Positions 12,916 to 25,631 of a DNA stretch of 64,000 bases are shown here, piece by piece (position 1 is the stretch's first letter; each line of letters begins with the position of its first letter). Location: positions 66,590,001 through 66,654,000 of the forward strand of contig CM059432.1 in the NCBI GenBank assembly GCA_030390025.1, given 5' to 3'. The stretch is from Squalus acanthias (Eukaryota). The position numbers were made by a program, and so were the translations under genes. The notes under the pieces are model-generated. The model did no database searches, had not been told where the DNA came from, and saw nothing but the letters and a program-made list of their open reading frames with translations.

Positions 12916-14697
12916 TAATCTCAACTTGCCAGTGTAGTTGTGCAAGCATGCAATACATATGATCGAAGATTCTCAGTATCTATTTCCCAGGAAATTGCTA
13001 AAACTGGAAACTATGGAGCCTCCATCACGTGACAGCCATGAAATATCCAAATCATTGGTTTTCTGAAACCCTCAAACCAAAGGAGGGATTTCTGGGCTGT
13101 ACCAAAAAGAAACCTGGGAGAATATCAATAGTCTGACGACACACCAACATGACGAAAGAAACAAGCTATGCCTTAACCACATGAGAGACCAATAAGACAA
13201 CTAATAAATAACAAATGTGAAACAGGAAATTGGAATGTGACTCTCTGCTCTGTTTCTATCCATGGCTATGTATCCAATGCAGAGGTCTAACTAGTGCAGT
13301 TGCTCAGCACAAAAATACAAGCAGTTGGAGAGGATGACCTTATCGTGATCAATGGCAACATTTTAAATTGGATCCATAGACTTTTACCACACTGTAGAAT
13401 CTTCCAATCCAATTCTCAAAAAATGTAAAGAAAATTTTACAACAGAAAATGTTAAATCCACTTAAAGCCTCGATGGCAAATTAAAATAGTGTGCACCGAT
13501 TTGCTTGAGTAAAGCAAGAGCAATCAGAGTTATGAGCTCCAGCTGAGGCTTGTCACATGTGTTCACAATTCAACAGGGGAGAGGGGTGGAAGATGTCCCC
13601 CACCACCCCCACAACATTCATTAATTAATGCCTCAAATGATAAATTCAGATTTAGAAGTGGTGACAGCTCCTAGTCCTCCCTCTCAGAACAGTGTATTAA
13701 AAATGTTAAATTGTCAGGAAAATAGGGTCAAGGATAATTAAAGCCAGTTTTCGGAAAGCTTAAAAAAAATTGGAAAAAGGAAAATGGACAACTACAGTAG
13801 AGATGAGTAGGCATTTTCAGTTAAGTTGGAAGTCAGAAAACAAAATCAAGAACTACATTGATCCTTTGAGGGATTGGACAGGACAGGTTAGCTATGAAGA
13901 TAAAAATATACCTGATTAGCTTTGCATCAGTTTTCTTTACTGAGGATGGTGCCACTGACTCTGTATTATACATGCTGCATAGCTAAAACTGCTACACTAG
14001 AAGTTCCTGCAGAATTGATTTCATCTCAGACATTTAAAGGTGATATAAATACAATTCTCTTAATGCGCTTAAGGTATTCAACAAGTCTTCCCCAGTACGC
14101 ATTCAATGTGTTACAGTAACAGTGACCACTCTTAAATGTACTATAACCAGCTGATTAAAACACGAGTGAGGATACTGTCAAATGCTCGAGTTACAGTATC
14201 AATTCACTGATCTGAAACATCTATTGCCCAGTTAGACCTAAAGTCGATTTCTAAACTGATGTTAATCCAGCTCAAAGTTGCACATTTTGCTAGGTGTACA
14301 TGAATAATATTGAGAGCTGCAATATCTGTCCCCATATAATGAATTTTTGTTTTTGACTATGACATGTTCAGATTTTTGTCATTGTTTCATTACAGCAACA
14401 ACAACAGCAACAACAACTTGCATTTATATAGTGCCTTTAATGTAGTAAAATATCCCAAGGTGCTTCACAGGAGCGGTATCAAACACAATTTGACACCAAG
14501 CCATATAAGGAGATATTTGGCCAGCTGACAGGTAGGGCTAGAAATTCATTATAGCCAAGGAATGCGCACTTTTAGACTAAAAATGGTTAAGTAGCGCCAG
14601 GTGAAAATCGTCTAGGCTGCAAGCAAAATTCGTCCTCACTCCTCATTAAAATGATTTCAGTCATGATTCTAATCTAAAAACCCAAGCTCATTGGCAT

Positions 14698-14838
14698 TAC
14701 ACTGAAAAGATGGACCAATATCGGGTGTAGTCTAAACTCAAGTAATGATTGCCATGACCTTTTTTCACTACTTAAAGGGGAGGTTCATTGATGCTGCAGC
14801 ACCTCATTCTCAGCATTGCTGGCTGTGCATCTGGCTCA
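14698..14838 (+). repeat. Left copy of a 141-bp direct repeat flanking the Tx1 element (right copy 21568-21708)
   Basis: Ungapped alignment by eye, 8 mismatches in 141 bp. Confidence 0.95.
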
Positions 14839-15799
14839 GAGAGAGGAAGGAAGAAGAGTGGTGGTCTCTCTCTGAGACCAGGAAGAGGAAGAGGAAGAGC
14901 CAGAGACAGAGACAGACTGCAGACCACCACCACTGCTACTACTACTGAGGTGCCTGGAGAGAGAGGAGAGAAAGGACAGGACAGGAGAGGAGAGGAGAAA
15001 GAAAGAACAAGAATAACATCAGAAGGGAGCATTCCCATCACTGCCTCCCTAATTGGCCTCCATTTCAGGAGAGGGAGAGAGGGGAAAGAACATCAACAAC
15101 CTACAGACAACCATCATTTGTTTGGAAGGAGGGAGAACCATCTTTAAACATCTACAGGTGGGTGTTTTTGGTGCACTCTTCTAGAGACTTTGTATTATAG
15201 GTGGGGGAGGAAAGAAGAAAAGAAGAAGGCCGGAACATTGAGGGGTGTGTGTGGCTCTTGCTAAAAACTAGGCCACACACACCACTAATAAACATACCTC
15301 CCCCATTGCCTAACCTGGGACAGCTGGAGCTGCCTAGGTGAAGTCTCCAATTTAATTTCATCTATTGAACATTGTTAAGTCCTGGTGGAGGATTGAGCCC
15401 GGGCATCTCCAGCTATCCCAGGTGAAGACATCTTCTCCCCCCACCAGAAGACCTTCAACAAAGACTAAATTCCATCGGAGAGTACACCACTGCAAGCACC
15501 CATCCACCATCCTGAGTGGCGACCCCGCCCCTGCGGCCTCCCTCCTTCCCACCCCCTCTCTCTCTTTCTCTTTCTGCCTCTCTCTCTGAGAGACACCTCA
15601 TTCTATTACCTTAATTAATTGCCCATTGAGCAGAGGGGAGAAGGCCCCTCTCCCATCCAACCAACAAGGGGAGGGGTGTGCCTTCATTTAAACAGCTCCC
15701 TCTGCTCAAGGGGGAAAAATAAACCCCACCGAAGCCTAAATTAACATCATCAGGCCTGTGACTTGGGTGAGTGTTGCCCTTTAGAAAGAACACGCTGTA

Positions 15800-17847
15800 A
15801 TGGCGACCCCATCTTCGCCGGTGGCGGGGTCAGCAAGGACGTACGCGGGTGTGACAGCCACAGCCACAGCTGCTCCCGCTGCTCCTGCTGCCCCGTCACC
15901 TTTTCATCTTATCACTAAAAAACATGGGGTAAAGAGCTACACTCGCCCCAATATGACTATTGAGGCCGGCGTAAAAGCCATGGCTGGGGTTGTCGGCCCT
16001 TCAGCCATCGTTGCCGCCTCAAAAATGTACAGGAAGGCTGTGTTCTTTCTGGGGTCAGAGCGGGCGGTGTCCTGGCCATCACTAAGGGGCTCACCGTGGG
16101 CGGGATATTCCTGCCGGTGGACCCTCTTGAGGCCACCGTGCAACGTATTGTTATATCCAACATCCCGCCCTTTGTTCCTGGTGAGCTCCTCCTCCCCCAC
16201 CTATGTCAACTTGGGGAGGTGAGGTCGGGCATTACGCCGATCCCGCTCGGCTTCAGGGAAGCCAGCCTTCGCCATGTCTTCTCCTTCGAGTGCCAGCTTT
16301 TCATCCAGCTGGCGCGGGAGGAGGACACAGAGGGAGCCTTCATGGTCCACCACAAGGGGACGGCCGACCGCGTCTTCTGGACTGGGTATTCTGATTAAAA
16401 TCCTCGACCAGGTCGAGCAGTTCCTGGGAGATGTCTTGCTGGAAATGGGTGAGCTCAGCCTCTTCGGCCTCGCCTGTAAGGAGGCCGCCAAAACATACAG
16501 TGCGGCCGAGGCTGGCGCCGCCGCCACTCCTCCGCCCCGATCCTGTCCGCGCGTCAAAATCAACAGATGCGCGGTCGACGTCGGAGGCCAATGCCATCAT
16601 GGCCTCCGGCGGGGTGGAAGGAGAACGTCTGAGCGGAAGGAAGGCGCGGAGAAAGAAGAAACACCTCGAGGCAAGTCCCCTCGACGGTCTATCTGATCCC
16701 ATGCCCGCGCTCATTGCAGACCCCTTAGCGGCGATCATGAGCGCGGAAGACCCCGTGCCCGAGCCCATGACCGCACCTGCTTTCGGGGAAAAATTACGAC
16801 CTGCGGCCGGGCTCGGGCCCGAGAAAAAGACACAAAAGGAGGGAGCAGAGGCAGAGGCCTCAGCAGACATGGAGGTCTCCCAACCTCCGCGTCCCTCCGG
16901 ACTAAAAAGGCGGCGCGGTCCCTGGAAGAGGAGGAGGACCATGAGGAGGAAGGTCCCTCCGTATAAAGGGAGTCGCCACCTGTCGCGGGTTCCACGTCCC
17001 CCCCACCACCGTCACCATCACAAGCCAGCAGCAGGAGTCGCCTGTCCCCCGGGAGGGTGAGACAGATGTGTCTGTCCAGCCTGTGCCTCCCGGAGATGGG
17101 GAAGAGACCCTGCCTGTGGGGGGGCCCGTGGAACCACCCGCGGAAGAAATAAAAATAACTGCCGGGTCGGGCGTCCTGGGGACTGGGGCGGGCAAGGCCG
17201 AAGAGGCTGAGCTCGCCCATTTACAGCAAGGCATCTCCCAGGAACTGATCGACATGGTCGAGGATTTTAATCAGAATACCCAGTCCGCTGGGTCAGTGGC
17301 TGGTGGCGGGGAGGGGGAGGGTCCCCAGACTCCGTCTCTGACGCTGGCGCCGGGTGTATTGGAGGAACTGGGAATAGTGTTCTCCCCGGTTTCTCCATGC
17401 GCCCCGGCGCCTGAGGCGGAGGGGGACCCCAAACCGCCGCTGCCTCCTGGCCCGGCACCCCCGGAGGAGCCCAGGGAGGACTCCTCTGCCGTCAATCCTG
17501 GGGATGGGATCTGGACAGAGGCAGGGCCGGTTGGTGCGGCTGAGCCGTTCGCTACACTCTGTGTGATAAACGGGTCAGCCGCTGGTGATGACCTCCTGGA
17601 GGAGGACAGGGTCTCGGTGGAGGGCACTGGGGATGATTTGGACTCCATCGCCAGTGAGATGGTGGATGCCCTCGTGCCCCTCACCGAGTCGCCCCTCATC
17701 CCCGTTGCGGAACTCGGGGACTTTATGGCCATGTGCCTAGGTCGTCATAATAAAATCCGGCTGGCCCTCGACAGGTGGTTGGAGCTGGCGCTGCTCATCG
17801 GGTCTGTCAGCGCTGCCGGTAAAATCATGGCGCGGACAAGGGCGTGA
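15800..17847 (+). pseudogene. Tx1 ORF1 (gag-like nucleic-acid-binding protein), frameshifted and rearranged
   Basis: KKHGVK...VVGPSAIVAASKMYRKAVFFL, RIVISNIPPFVP, RVFWT; acidic, proline-rich C-terminus. Confidence 0.85.
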
Positions 17848-17970
17848 GCCCACTCGAGCTGCGTCATCTCTAAACGTTCCTCACTGGGATGCTGAGGGAG
17901 TGGCGGTTGTCACATGACTGCGCTCCCTCCCCCCGTTAGGTTTAGGTAGAGGTTGCACTATGCTTCTGAC

Positions 17971-20900
17971 ATGAAGATAACCATAGCCAGCCTCAACATT
18001 AACGGCAGCAAAGAGGCACGCCATAGATTTAATAACTTCTCGGTCTTCGGGAAGGGAAGTATGCGGTGTGCTTCCTGCAGGAAACCCACACCGTTCCGGG
18101 AGACGAGGCCACGTGGCTCCTGGAATAGCAAGGATGGGTCCGCATGAGTCACCTCGCCAACAATTCGGGGGGGATTTTAACTGCACCCTCGAAGCGAGGG
18201 ACCGTTCTGGTCTTTCGACTTGGTGGACGTCTGGCGAAATCTCCATCCTGACTCCAGCGCCTTCACTAGCGTGAGGTGTGGAGGAGGAAGGTCCAGAATC
18301 GACCGCCTTTACATTCCCTGGGCATACGTCTCCTGCGTTCCGGCGGCTTCCATGCGGCCGGTGCTGTGCACGGACCACCACCTGATGTGGGCGGAGCTCG
18401 CTCCGTTCCGCGCACAGGTGGGGTCCCTGTACTGGCATTTTAACAACCTGCTGCTGGAGGACGTGCGGTTCCGGGATTTGTTCCGTCGGTTCTGGGCCGA
18501 CTGGAGAAGGAAGCAGGGGGCTTCCCCTCCTTGAGGCTATGGTGGGATGTGGGCAAGGCTCACGTCCGTCTCTTCTGTCAGGAGTACGCGAAGGGGTCGA
18601 CCAAGAGGCGGGAGGCCCGGGTCGGGCGGTTGGAGAGGGAGGTGCTCGACCTGGAGTCCCGTCTCGGTCAAGTCGTCGAAGACCCGGCCCTGCGGAAGGT
18701 GTACGAAGAGAAGAAGGGCGCGCTGAAGGACCTGCAGCTCCTCGGGTCCCAAGGCACATACATGAGGTCGCGGATCCAGCTCCTGCGGGAACTTGACCGT
18801 GGTTCCCCCTTCTTCTACTCGCTGGAAAAAAGACGGGAGGTCGGTAAGCAGCTCTTGCGGCTTCTGGCCGACGATGGATCTCTGGTCTTGGATCCGGAGT
18901 GAATTAGCGCGGAGGCCCGGGCCTATTACGGGGCTCTGTTCTCTCCAGATCCGTCCAGCGAGGATGCGCGCAGAGTTTTGTGGGAGGATGTGATGAAGGT
19001 CGGCCCGGAGGGGGCCAAAAATTGGAGGCTCCGCTAAGCCTGGCGGAGCTGACCGGCGACCTCGGCCAGCTATCGAGGGGCAAGTCCCCGGGGGTGGACG
19101 GGCTGACTGTGGAGTTCCACAGGGCGTTCTGGGACATCTTGGGGGGCGATTACGTGCGGGTCTTGGGGGAAAGTCTGGCGACCGGGGAGCTGCCCCTCTC
19201 TTGGCGCAGGGTGGTCATTGTCCTGCTGCCCAAGAAGGGCGATCTCTGCCTACTTAAGAACTGGCGCCCGGTCTCCCTCCTCAGCACGCACTACGTTATC
19301 TTTGCCAGGGCTATGTCTGCCCGCCTTGGCACCGTGCTGGCCCACATGATCCACCATGGCTAGTCCTACACGGTCCGGGGCCGGACCATCCACGATAACA
19401 TCCATCTGGTCCGGGACATGGTCCACCATTCCCAGAGGGCTGGTCTGTCAGTCGCCTTCCTTTCCCTGGATCAGGAGAAGGCGTTCGACAGGGTGAATCA
19501 CGAGTATCTCTTCGGGACTCTGCACGCATTCGGGTTCGGGAAGCATTTCATCGCCCGGATCCGACTTCTGTACGCCGCCGCGGAGTGTCTGATTAAAGCT
19601 AACGGGTCTTTGACGGCGCCCCTTCGCTTCGGGAGTAGGGTGCGTCAGGGATGCCCCATGTCTGGTCAGTTATATGCCATCTGCGTGAAGCCTTTCCTGC
19701 GCCTCTTGCGGAAAAGGTTGACGGGACTGGCTCTGCAAGGGCCGGGCGTGGAGGTCGTCCTCTCGGCTTACGCTCCTCATGGTTGCGGATCCCGTTGACC
19801 TACGGAGGATGCGAGAATGCCAGCAGATTTACTCGGACGCATCCTCCGCCAGGATCAACTGGGAGAAATGTTCCGGACTCCTGGTGGGTCAGTGGCGGGT
19901 GGACTCCCTGCCAGAGGAGTTCAGGCCCTTTGCCTGGAGCGCCACGCATCTCCTCTACTTGGGAGCCTACCTTAGCCCTGACGAGGATGCCTGGCCAGCG
20001 AACTGGCAAGAGCTGGAAGCCAAAGTCACCGCTCGCCTAGGGCGCTGGACAGGACTGCTCTGAGTGCTGTCCTACAGGGGTCGAGCGCTGGTCATAAACC
20101 AGCTGGTGGCCGCCATGTTGTGGTACCGGTTGGTCACTTTGATCCCTCCCCCTGCATTTGTCACCAAGATGCAGAAGAAGCTCATTGACTTCTTCTGGGA
20201 CAAAAGGAAGCACTGGGTCCCTGCCGCGGTTCTGAGTCTCCTGCTTAGGGAGGGCGGTCAGGTGCTGGTGTGCCTTCGCACCTAGGCTGCGACTTTCCGT
20301 CTTCAGACCCTGCAGAGATACCTTTACGTTGAGAATCCTCCTAGATGGTGTGCGCTGGCGACTTATTTCTTCCGCCAGCTGCATGGCCCCAATTACGACA
20401 CGCAGCTCCTGTTTCTGAAACTGGGCGGTACCCGTGCCTGCCTGCGGGAGCTGCTTGTCTTCTACCAGGAACTGCTATGGGTCTGGAGCAAGGTCACCTC
20501 CAGGCGGAGTTCTCCCCCGTCAGGAGTGGTGGCTGTCCTTCAGGAGCCGCTGCTCAGGAATCCGCACCTCCACGACCGCGGGTTCGGGTGGCTGGCGGAG
20601 GACAGGGCTGTGCCTGGTAAGGTGACTAGAGTCAGGGACCTGCTCGATGGCGGAGGAGCGGGCTGGATGGCGCCGGAGGAGCTGGCGCAGCGCCTGTCCT
20701 GGGTCAACGTCCAGGCTCGCGGCCAAAGCTATCGAGTCGCTGAAAGTGGCACTGGGCCCTGACTCCACTAGATGTATCGAGGAGGCTCAAGCACGTGGGG
20801 CGATCCTGTCCGAACTGACCCCCATTGGGATGAAATTCCTCATTGGCGCCTGGCCCCGAAACCCCTCTCGGGAACCGGTGCCTCGCAACTTGAGCCGTCT

Positions 20901-21501
20901 CGGGGAAATGCCCTCCGTGCCTTTTCATTCCGCACGGAGGCGTTTCCTGTACGGGCTGCTCCTGCACACTCTCCACTTTGCCATCTTCGTCTGCTGTCCG
21001 GACACGCCTTGGCGTACCATCTTGCCATCCGGCAGAGGCGGGGGTCCCCAATGGAGGGCTCTCTATGCGGGAGTCCTCCCTTTATCTATTGGGGACTGCA
21101 GCCTGGAGGAGTCCGTGTTCCACGTATATTTAGAATGTGAGAGGTTGCAGCCCCTCTTCCATTAGTTGAAGGGGCTGCTCCTCGATTTTTGGCTGCACTT
21201 CAGTCCCACGCTCCTGATTTTAGGTCACCCAGTGCGGAGGGGAGCGGGCAGATTGGAGGACCTCCTCATTGGACTGCTCCTGGGCCTGGCCAAAGTTGCC
21301 ATTAACTGGTCCAGGCAGCGGACGGGCGAGGGGGTTGTTCGGCCCGATTGCCTGCCTCTCTTCCGCAGCCATGTTTGCGCCCGGGTGGCCCTGGAGATGG
21401 GGCCCGCGGTGTCCGCCAGCACGCTTGAGGCTTTCCGCGACCGGTGGGTGCCGCAAGGACTGGAGTGCATCATTACCCCAGCCAATGAAATTTTAATTTA
21501 A
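17971..21501 (+). pseudogene. Tx1 ORF2 (AP endonuclease plus reverse transcriptase), with multiple stops, frameshifts and deletions
   Basis: MKITIASLNING, FLQETH, GGDFNC, SRIDRLY, TDHH, KSPGVDGL, KNWRPVSLL, SLDQEKAFDRV, VRQGCPMSG. Confidence 0.93.
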
Positions 21502-21747
21502 TTTGTTAAGATTCTTTTAAAGTTACTTTAGTTACAGTCTATTTGTTTCTGTACCCATCAAAAAGAGTACACTGAAAAGATGGACCAATATCAGGTGTAG
21601 TCTAAACTCAAGTAATGATTGCCACAACCTTTTTTCACTACTTAAAGGGGAGGTTCATTGATGCTGCAGCACCTCATTCACAGCATTGTTGGGTGTGCAG
21701 CTGCCTCAACAGCCATAAGGAGAAGGAGCACTTATTTACAAATCCTG

Positions 21748-21990
21748 ATGGCAGATCTCCACCCCAGGGAGAGAGCCTGGAGGTTTTCTGCTAAAGCTTT
21801 GGAGGCATTGGTTTTAGCAGTGGAGAGACAGCGGGCGGTCCTGTACCAACTGGCAGGATGCCCTCACCACAAGTCTGGCGGACTATGTGGAGGAAGGTGG
21901 CACACAACATCACGGGCTGCACTGTGTTCCCCAGGCCCCACACCCAGTGCAGGAGACGTTTAACGAGCTCACACAGGTGGTCAGGGTGAG
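21748..21990 (+). pseudogene. Harbinger Myb/SANT-like DNA-binding protein, exon-1 relic
   Basis: MADLHPRERAWRFSAKALEALVLAVERQRAVLY...QCRRRFNEL, then a GTGAG donor. Confidence 0.75.
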
Positions 21991-22330
21991 GAAGGCATCA
22001 ACAAATGCTACATACCATCATCTGTACAACAAGCTTCACACACTGCTCAATGTACCACACCCACAGCACTCACCCACCAACAATCTCTATCTAGCAACAC
22101 TCACACCCACATCTCACACCTTGCACACAATGACAGCTATTCAACTATGGCAGGCACATGGGTCATTAGTTATTAGAATTCATGTAATTTGTGTGATATG
22201 TTTATAGATAAATTTATTAATGGTGTGTGGAATATTTTGTGGTCTCTCTCATTTCACCTTTGCACTGTGATATGGTGTGAGACAGGGATTGTATGATGGG
22301 GATGTGGTGAGCAACGGGGATCTGGGGTTT

Positions 22331-23470
22331 CATTCATTTGAATCGCAGTCTGATGAGCCGGTCACGGACAGCATGTTCGGAAGGGTGATTGTCTTGCTGA
22401 TTCCCTTGCTCCCTCCTGTTCCTCCTCCTCCTCGTCCTCTTCCTCCTCATCCTCATCCTCCTTTGCCTAGTCCTCCTCCTGGTCCCGCAATCCCTGCTGG
22501 CAAGGGCTACGCTCTCATGATGACCAAGTTGTGGAGCATGCAGCAGACCACCATGAAATGGGATACCCGCTCTGTCGAGTACTGGAGGGCTCCTACCGAG
22601 CGGTCAAGGCAGCGAAACCATTGCTTCAATAAGCTGATGGTCTGCTTGATGATGTTCCTGATGGCAGCATGGCTCTCATTATATGAGTGCTGGGCACGAG
22701 TGTTGGGGTTGTGGAGGGGAGTGGGGTGGAGAGCGGATAGCCCTTGTCTCCAAGCAACCACCCTCGAGCTTGAATGGTGGCTGGAAGAGTGCTGGCACAC
22801 CGATCTGGCACAGGATGAAGGCATCGTAGCTGCTGCCAGGATAGTGGGCATTGACGATGAGGACTTGCTGTGTGTGGTCGCACATCAACTGCACAGAAAG
22901 TGAGTGGTAGCCTTTGTGGTTATGAAAGATCTCAGGATTGTTATGCAGTACCCGCAAAGCCACGTGGGTGCACCATGGGGAATTCCGCTATCCTGGCAAA
23001 GCCACATGCACGCTTGTCCTGCTTCTCTCTGGTGATGGGGAAGGAAATGTAGCCCCTTCTCCTACTGTAGAGAGCCTCAGTGACCTCCCGGATGCAGCGA
23101 TGGACGGCGAACTGTGAGATGTTAGCTATGTCTCCTGCTGCAGACTGGAAGGATCCGTTGGTGATTGAGGGTGATCTTGATTGCCACTGGGAGAGCTGTG
23201 GTCACCCTGATCTGAGGCTGGAGGTCTGGTTGCAGGAGGTGGCAGAGTTCTGTGACCACCTCCTTGGTAAAGCGGAGCGTTTTAATACACTGCTCCTGGC
23301 TTAATTAAAGGTAGGAGACGTGCTCTCTGAATACCCTCAGAGGGTAAGGCCTCCTGTTGAGAGCCCTGATGGCCCTCCTCCTCCCTCTGCGCAAATGTTC
23401 CCATCTTTCTCGCTGCCTCTGCCGTAGATCCTGGAGGGCGAGGTCGACCGTCAGTACAGCCCCCATTAAT
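22331..23470 (-). pseudogene. Harbinger DDE transposase relic
   Basis: HKGYHSLSVQLMCD, YPGSSYDAFIL, GWLLGDKGYPL, IKQTISLLKQWFRCLDRS, CCMLHN. Confidence 0.9.
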
Positions 23471-25631
23471 CTTAGCAAGTGTTGTATTTTGAATCTTTCC
23501 AGAAATAATTATGCAGTTTTGTACTTGCCAGAACACTCCTGATACCAAATAACCTTGAAATTACTGAAGAAAACTGTTGCAGTAGCAGGAACTAACACAC
23601 AGCCACTCAAACTTCACAAACCTGTCAGGTGCGAGTGATTGGTGATGATCCCTTTAAATAGCGTTGCTGGAGCCGGCTTCCTGCTGCTGCTTGCTGTCTC
23701 AACCTGTCATTCTTAACTCCAGCCGGTAAGTCCATTGGCTATAAGGAAGTTGGGAGATCGGGTGTCCAGTGAGCATTGCACACTCACTGATGTCACGACC
23801 TCCATGATGGTGAGGTCCCTGGTGAGTGAGTTTACCGGCAGCGCTACTGGTAAGACCGATATGGCGTGTGGCGCTGGAACCGGCATCAGCTGTTGTTACA
23901 GTAGTCAATGCCGTTTTAGTGCCATCTTGTGGTGCTAAAGTGTGGCGCAAACCACACAAATTTTTCCCCTATAGATTTTAAGGAGCATCTTAAAGTAGGA
24001 GAGAGAGTTAGAGACAGAGGCCAGCCAGGAGAGCATTGGAATAGTTAAGTCTAGAGGTAACAGATGCATGAATGAGGGTTTCAGCAGCAGATGAGCTGAA
24101 GCAGAGTCAGAGTCGGACGATGTCACGGAGTTGGAAGCAGGCAATCTTGGTGATGGTGCGGGTATGTGGTCCGAAGCTCATCTCAGGGTCAAATAGGTCG
24201 CTAAGGTTCCGAATAGTCTGTTTCAGCCTCAGACAATAGCCATGGAGAGGGATGGAATCAATAGCTATGGAACGGAGTTTGTAGCAGAGACCAAAGACAA
24301 TGGTTTCGGTTTTCCCAATATTTTAGTTGGAGGAAATTTCTGCCCATCCAGTACAGGATGTCGAACAACCAGGATGACAATTTAGAGATAGTGGCGGGGT
24401 CGAGAGAGGTGGTGGTGAGGTAAAGCTGGGTGTCATCAGTGTACATGTGGAAACTGATGCTGTGTTTTCGGATGATGTCATTTAGGGTCAGCTTGTAGAT
24501 GAGAAGTAGGGAGGCTAAGGATAGATCCTTAGACCCTTGGGGGACTTCAGAGGTAACGGTCCAAGAGCAGGAAGAGAAGTCATTGCAGGTGATTCCCTGG
24601 CTATGACTGGATAGATAGGAATGGAGCCAGGCAAGAGCAGTCCCACCCAGCTGGAAAATCAGAGGAAAGACGTTGGAGAAGGATGGTGTGGTCAACCATG
24701 TCAAAGGCTACAGACAGGTTAAGAAGGATGAGTAGGAATAGCTTGCCACGATCACATCACATCCAGAGGTAACGATGTGGGATCGGGAAGAGAAGCCATT
24801 GCAGGTGATTCTCTGGCTACTACTAGATACCGTACATAATTACTCAAGCTTTTCTTTGCAAAGTCCCCTTTACACTTAAAAGTTGGCAATAAAGTAATTC
24901 CTTTTATGGCTCATACTTTGCATTTAGCCCTCTTATGTTTGGATTTACTGAAGACCAGTGCAACGAGATGGAATTTTGCTTTGCTCGTGACAACTTGTTT
25001 ATGTTTGCAGTTATGTAACTCCTTTAAAATGCTAGATGAACAATGGGAGTCACTGTTTACCATAAAGTAAACTAAGTAATGCCAGATGGAAAACTCACAA
25101 CCTTGAAGGACAAGAAAATTCTGCAGACGTGACTCACTGGTTTATTTTTCTGTTAAACCATTGTATTGAAATGCAAATCATATTTATCCTACATTTAAGT
25201 TAATTTTCCACTTACATTCTATTTTTAAAGATTGATAGAATATTTTGAAAGAACCTATTTTATCTTTGCAAAAGGCTGATGCATATCTATGATACAGAGA
25301 TACTTTTCTCTGATCTAGTTCACTGTTGAGGTGAAATATAGGCCAAAATTTTCACCTTTGAGTCGGGTTGGGTGCGTGTGGGCTGTGTAGCGGGTCGGGA
25401 ACGCGATGTTCTGAGCAACGCGTTGTTCAGCGCGACTTTAACTTAATGGCCCCAATTGAAAGACTCATGCGCGTTTCCCAGCCCTATTAAATGGTGCGGG
25501 CCTGATGGTATCATCGATGACTCGTTTCCAGCGCCAATATTTAAAGCAGCCTTGCACTCAACTCATTTGAAGGTTGCTAGAGAGGGTGGGACCTGACAAA
25601 CAAAGGCCACAGTACTTTTAAAAAGGTGCAA

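Larger units (their letters stand above)
14839..21567 (+). mobile_element. Near full-length Tx1-group (L1 clade) non-LTR retrotransposon, inactivated
   Basis: Purine-rich 5' UTR, ORF1, APE-RT ORF2 and short 3' UTR; GC/CpG-rich relative to its flanks. Confidence 0.92.
14535..23969. mobile_element. PIF/Harbinger transposon (Myb relic on +, transposase relic on -) containing the Tx1 element
   Basis: Imperfect TIRs GGGCTAGAAATT (14535) and AAATTTTTCCCC (23969); convergent gene relics; TSD not cleanly resolved. Confidence 0.8.
14395..24830 (-). mobile_element. L2 LINE 3' fragment split by the Harbinger element into 14395-14534 and about 23972-24830
   Basis: (CAA)n-CTTGCATTTATATAG tail at the left; the sequence resumes GATTTTAAGGAGC after 23970; VPQGS and YTDDTQLY on the minus strand. 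Confidence 0.8.

Noticed and set aside
13915..13970. Possible exon near a minus-strand donor
   Set aside because: Better explained as a tiny old CR1 remnant resembling the FASVFT motif.
17881..18759. 292-aa antisense ORF and other overlapping ORFs in the Tx1 and RTE elements
   Set aside because: These are shadow ORFs expected from GC-rich coding sequence, with no recognisable domains.
14698..21708. LTR retrotransposon with 141-bp LTRs
   Set aside because: The interior encodes an APE-RT non-LTR protein with no integrase or protease, and the repeat is continuous with the flanking Harbinger sequence.
25097..25150. Possible minus-strand exon ending in GTGAGT
   Set aside because: Weak acceptor and exon-side donor context, and an unrecognised peptide.
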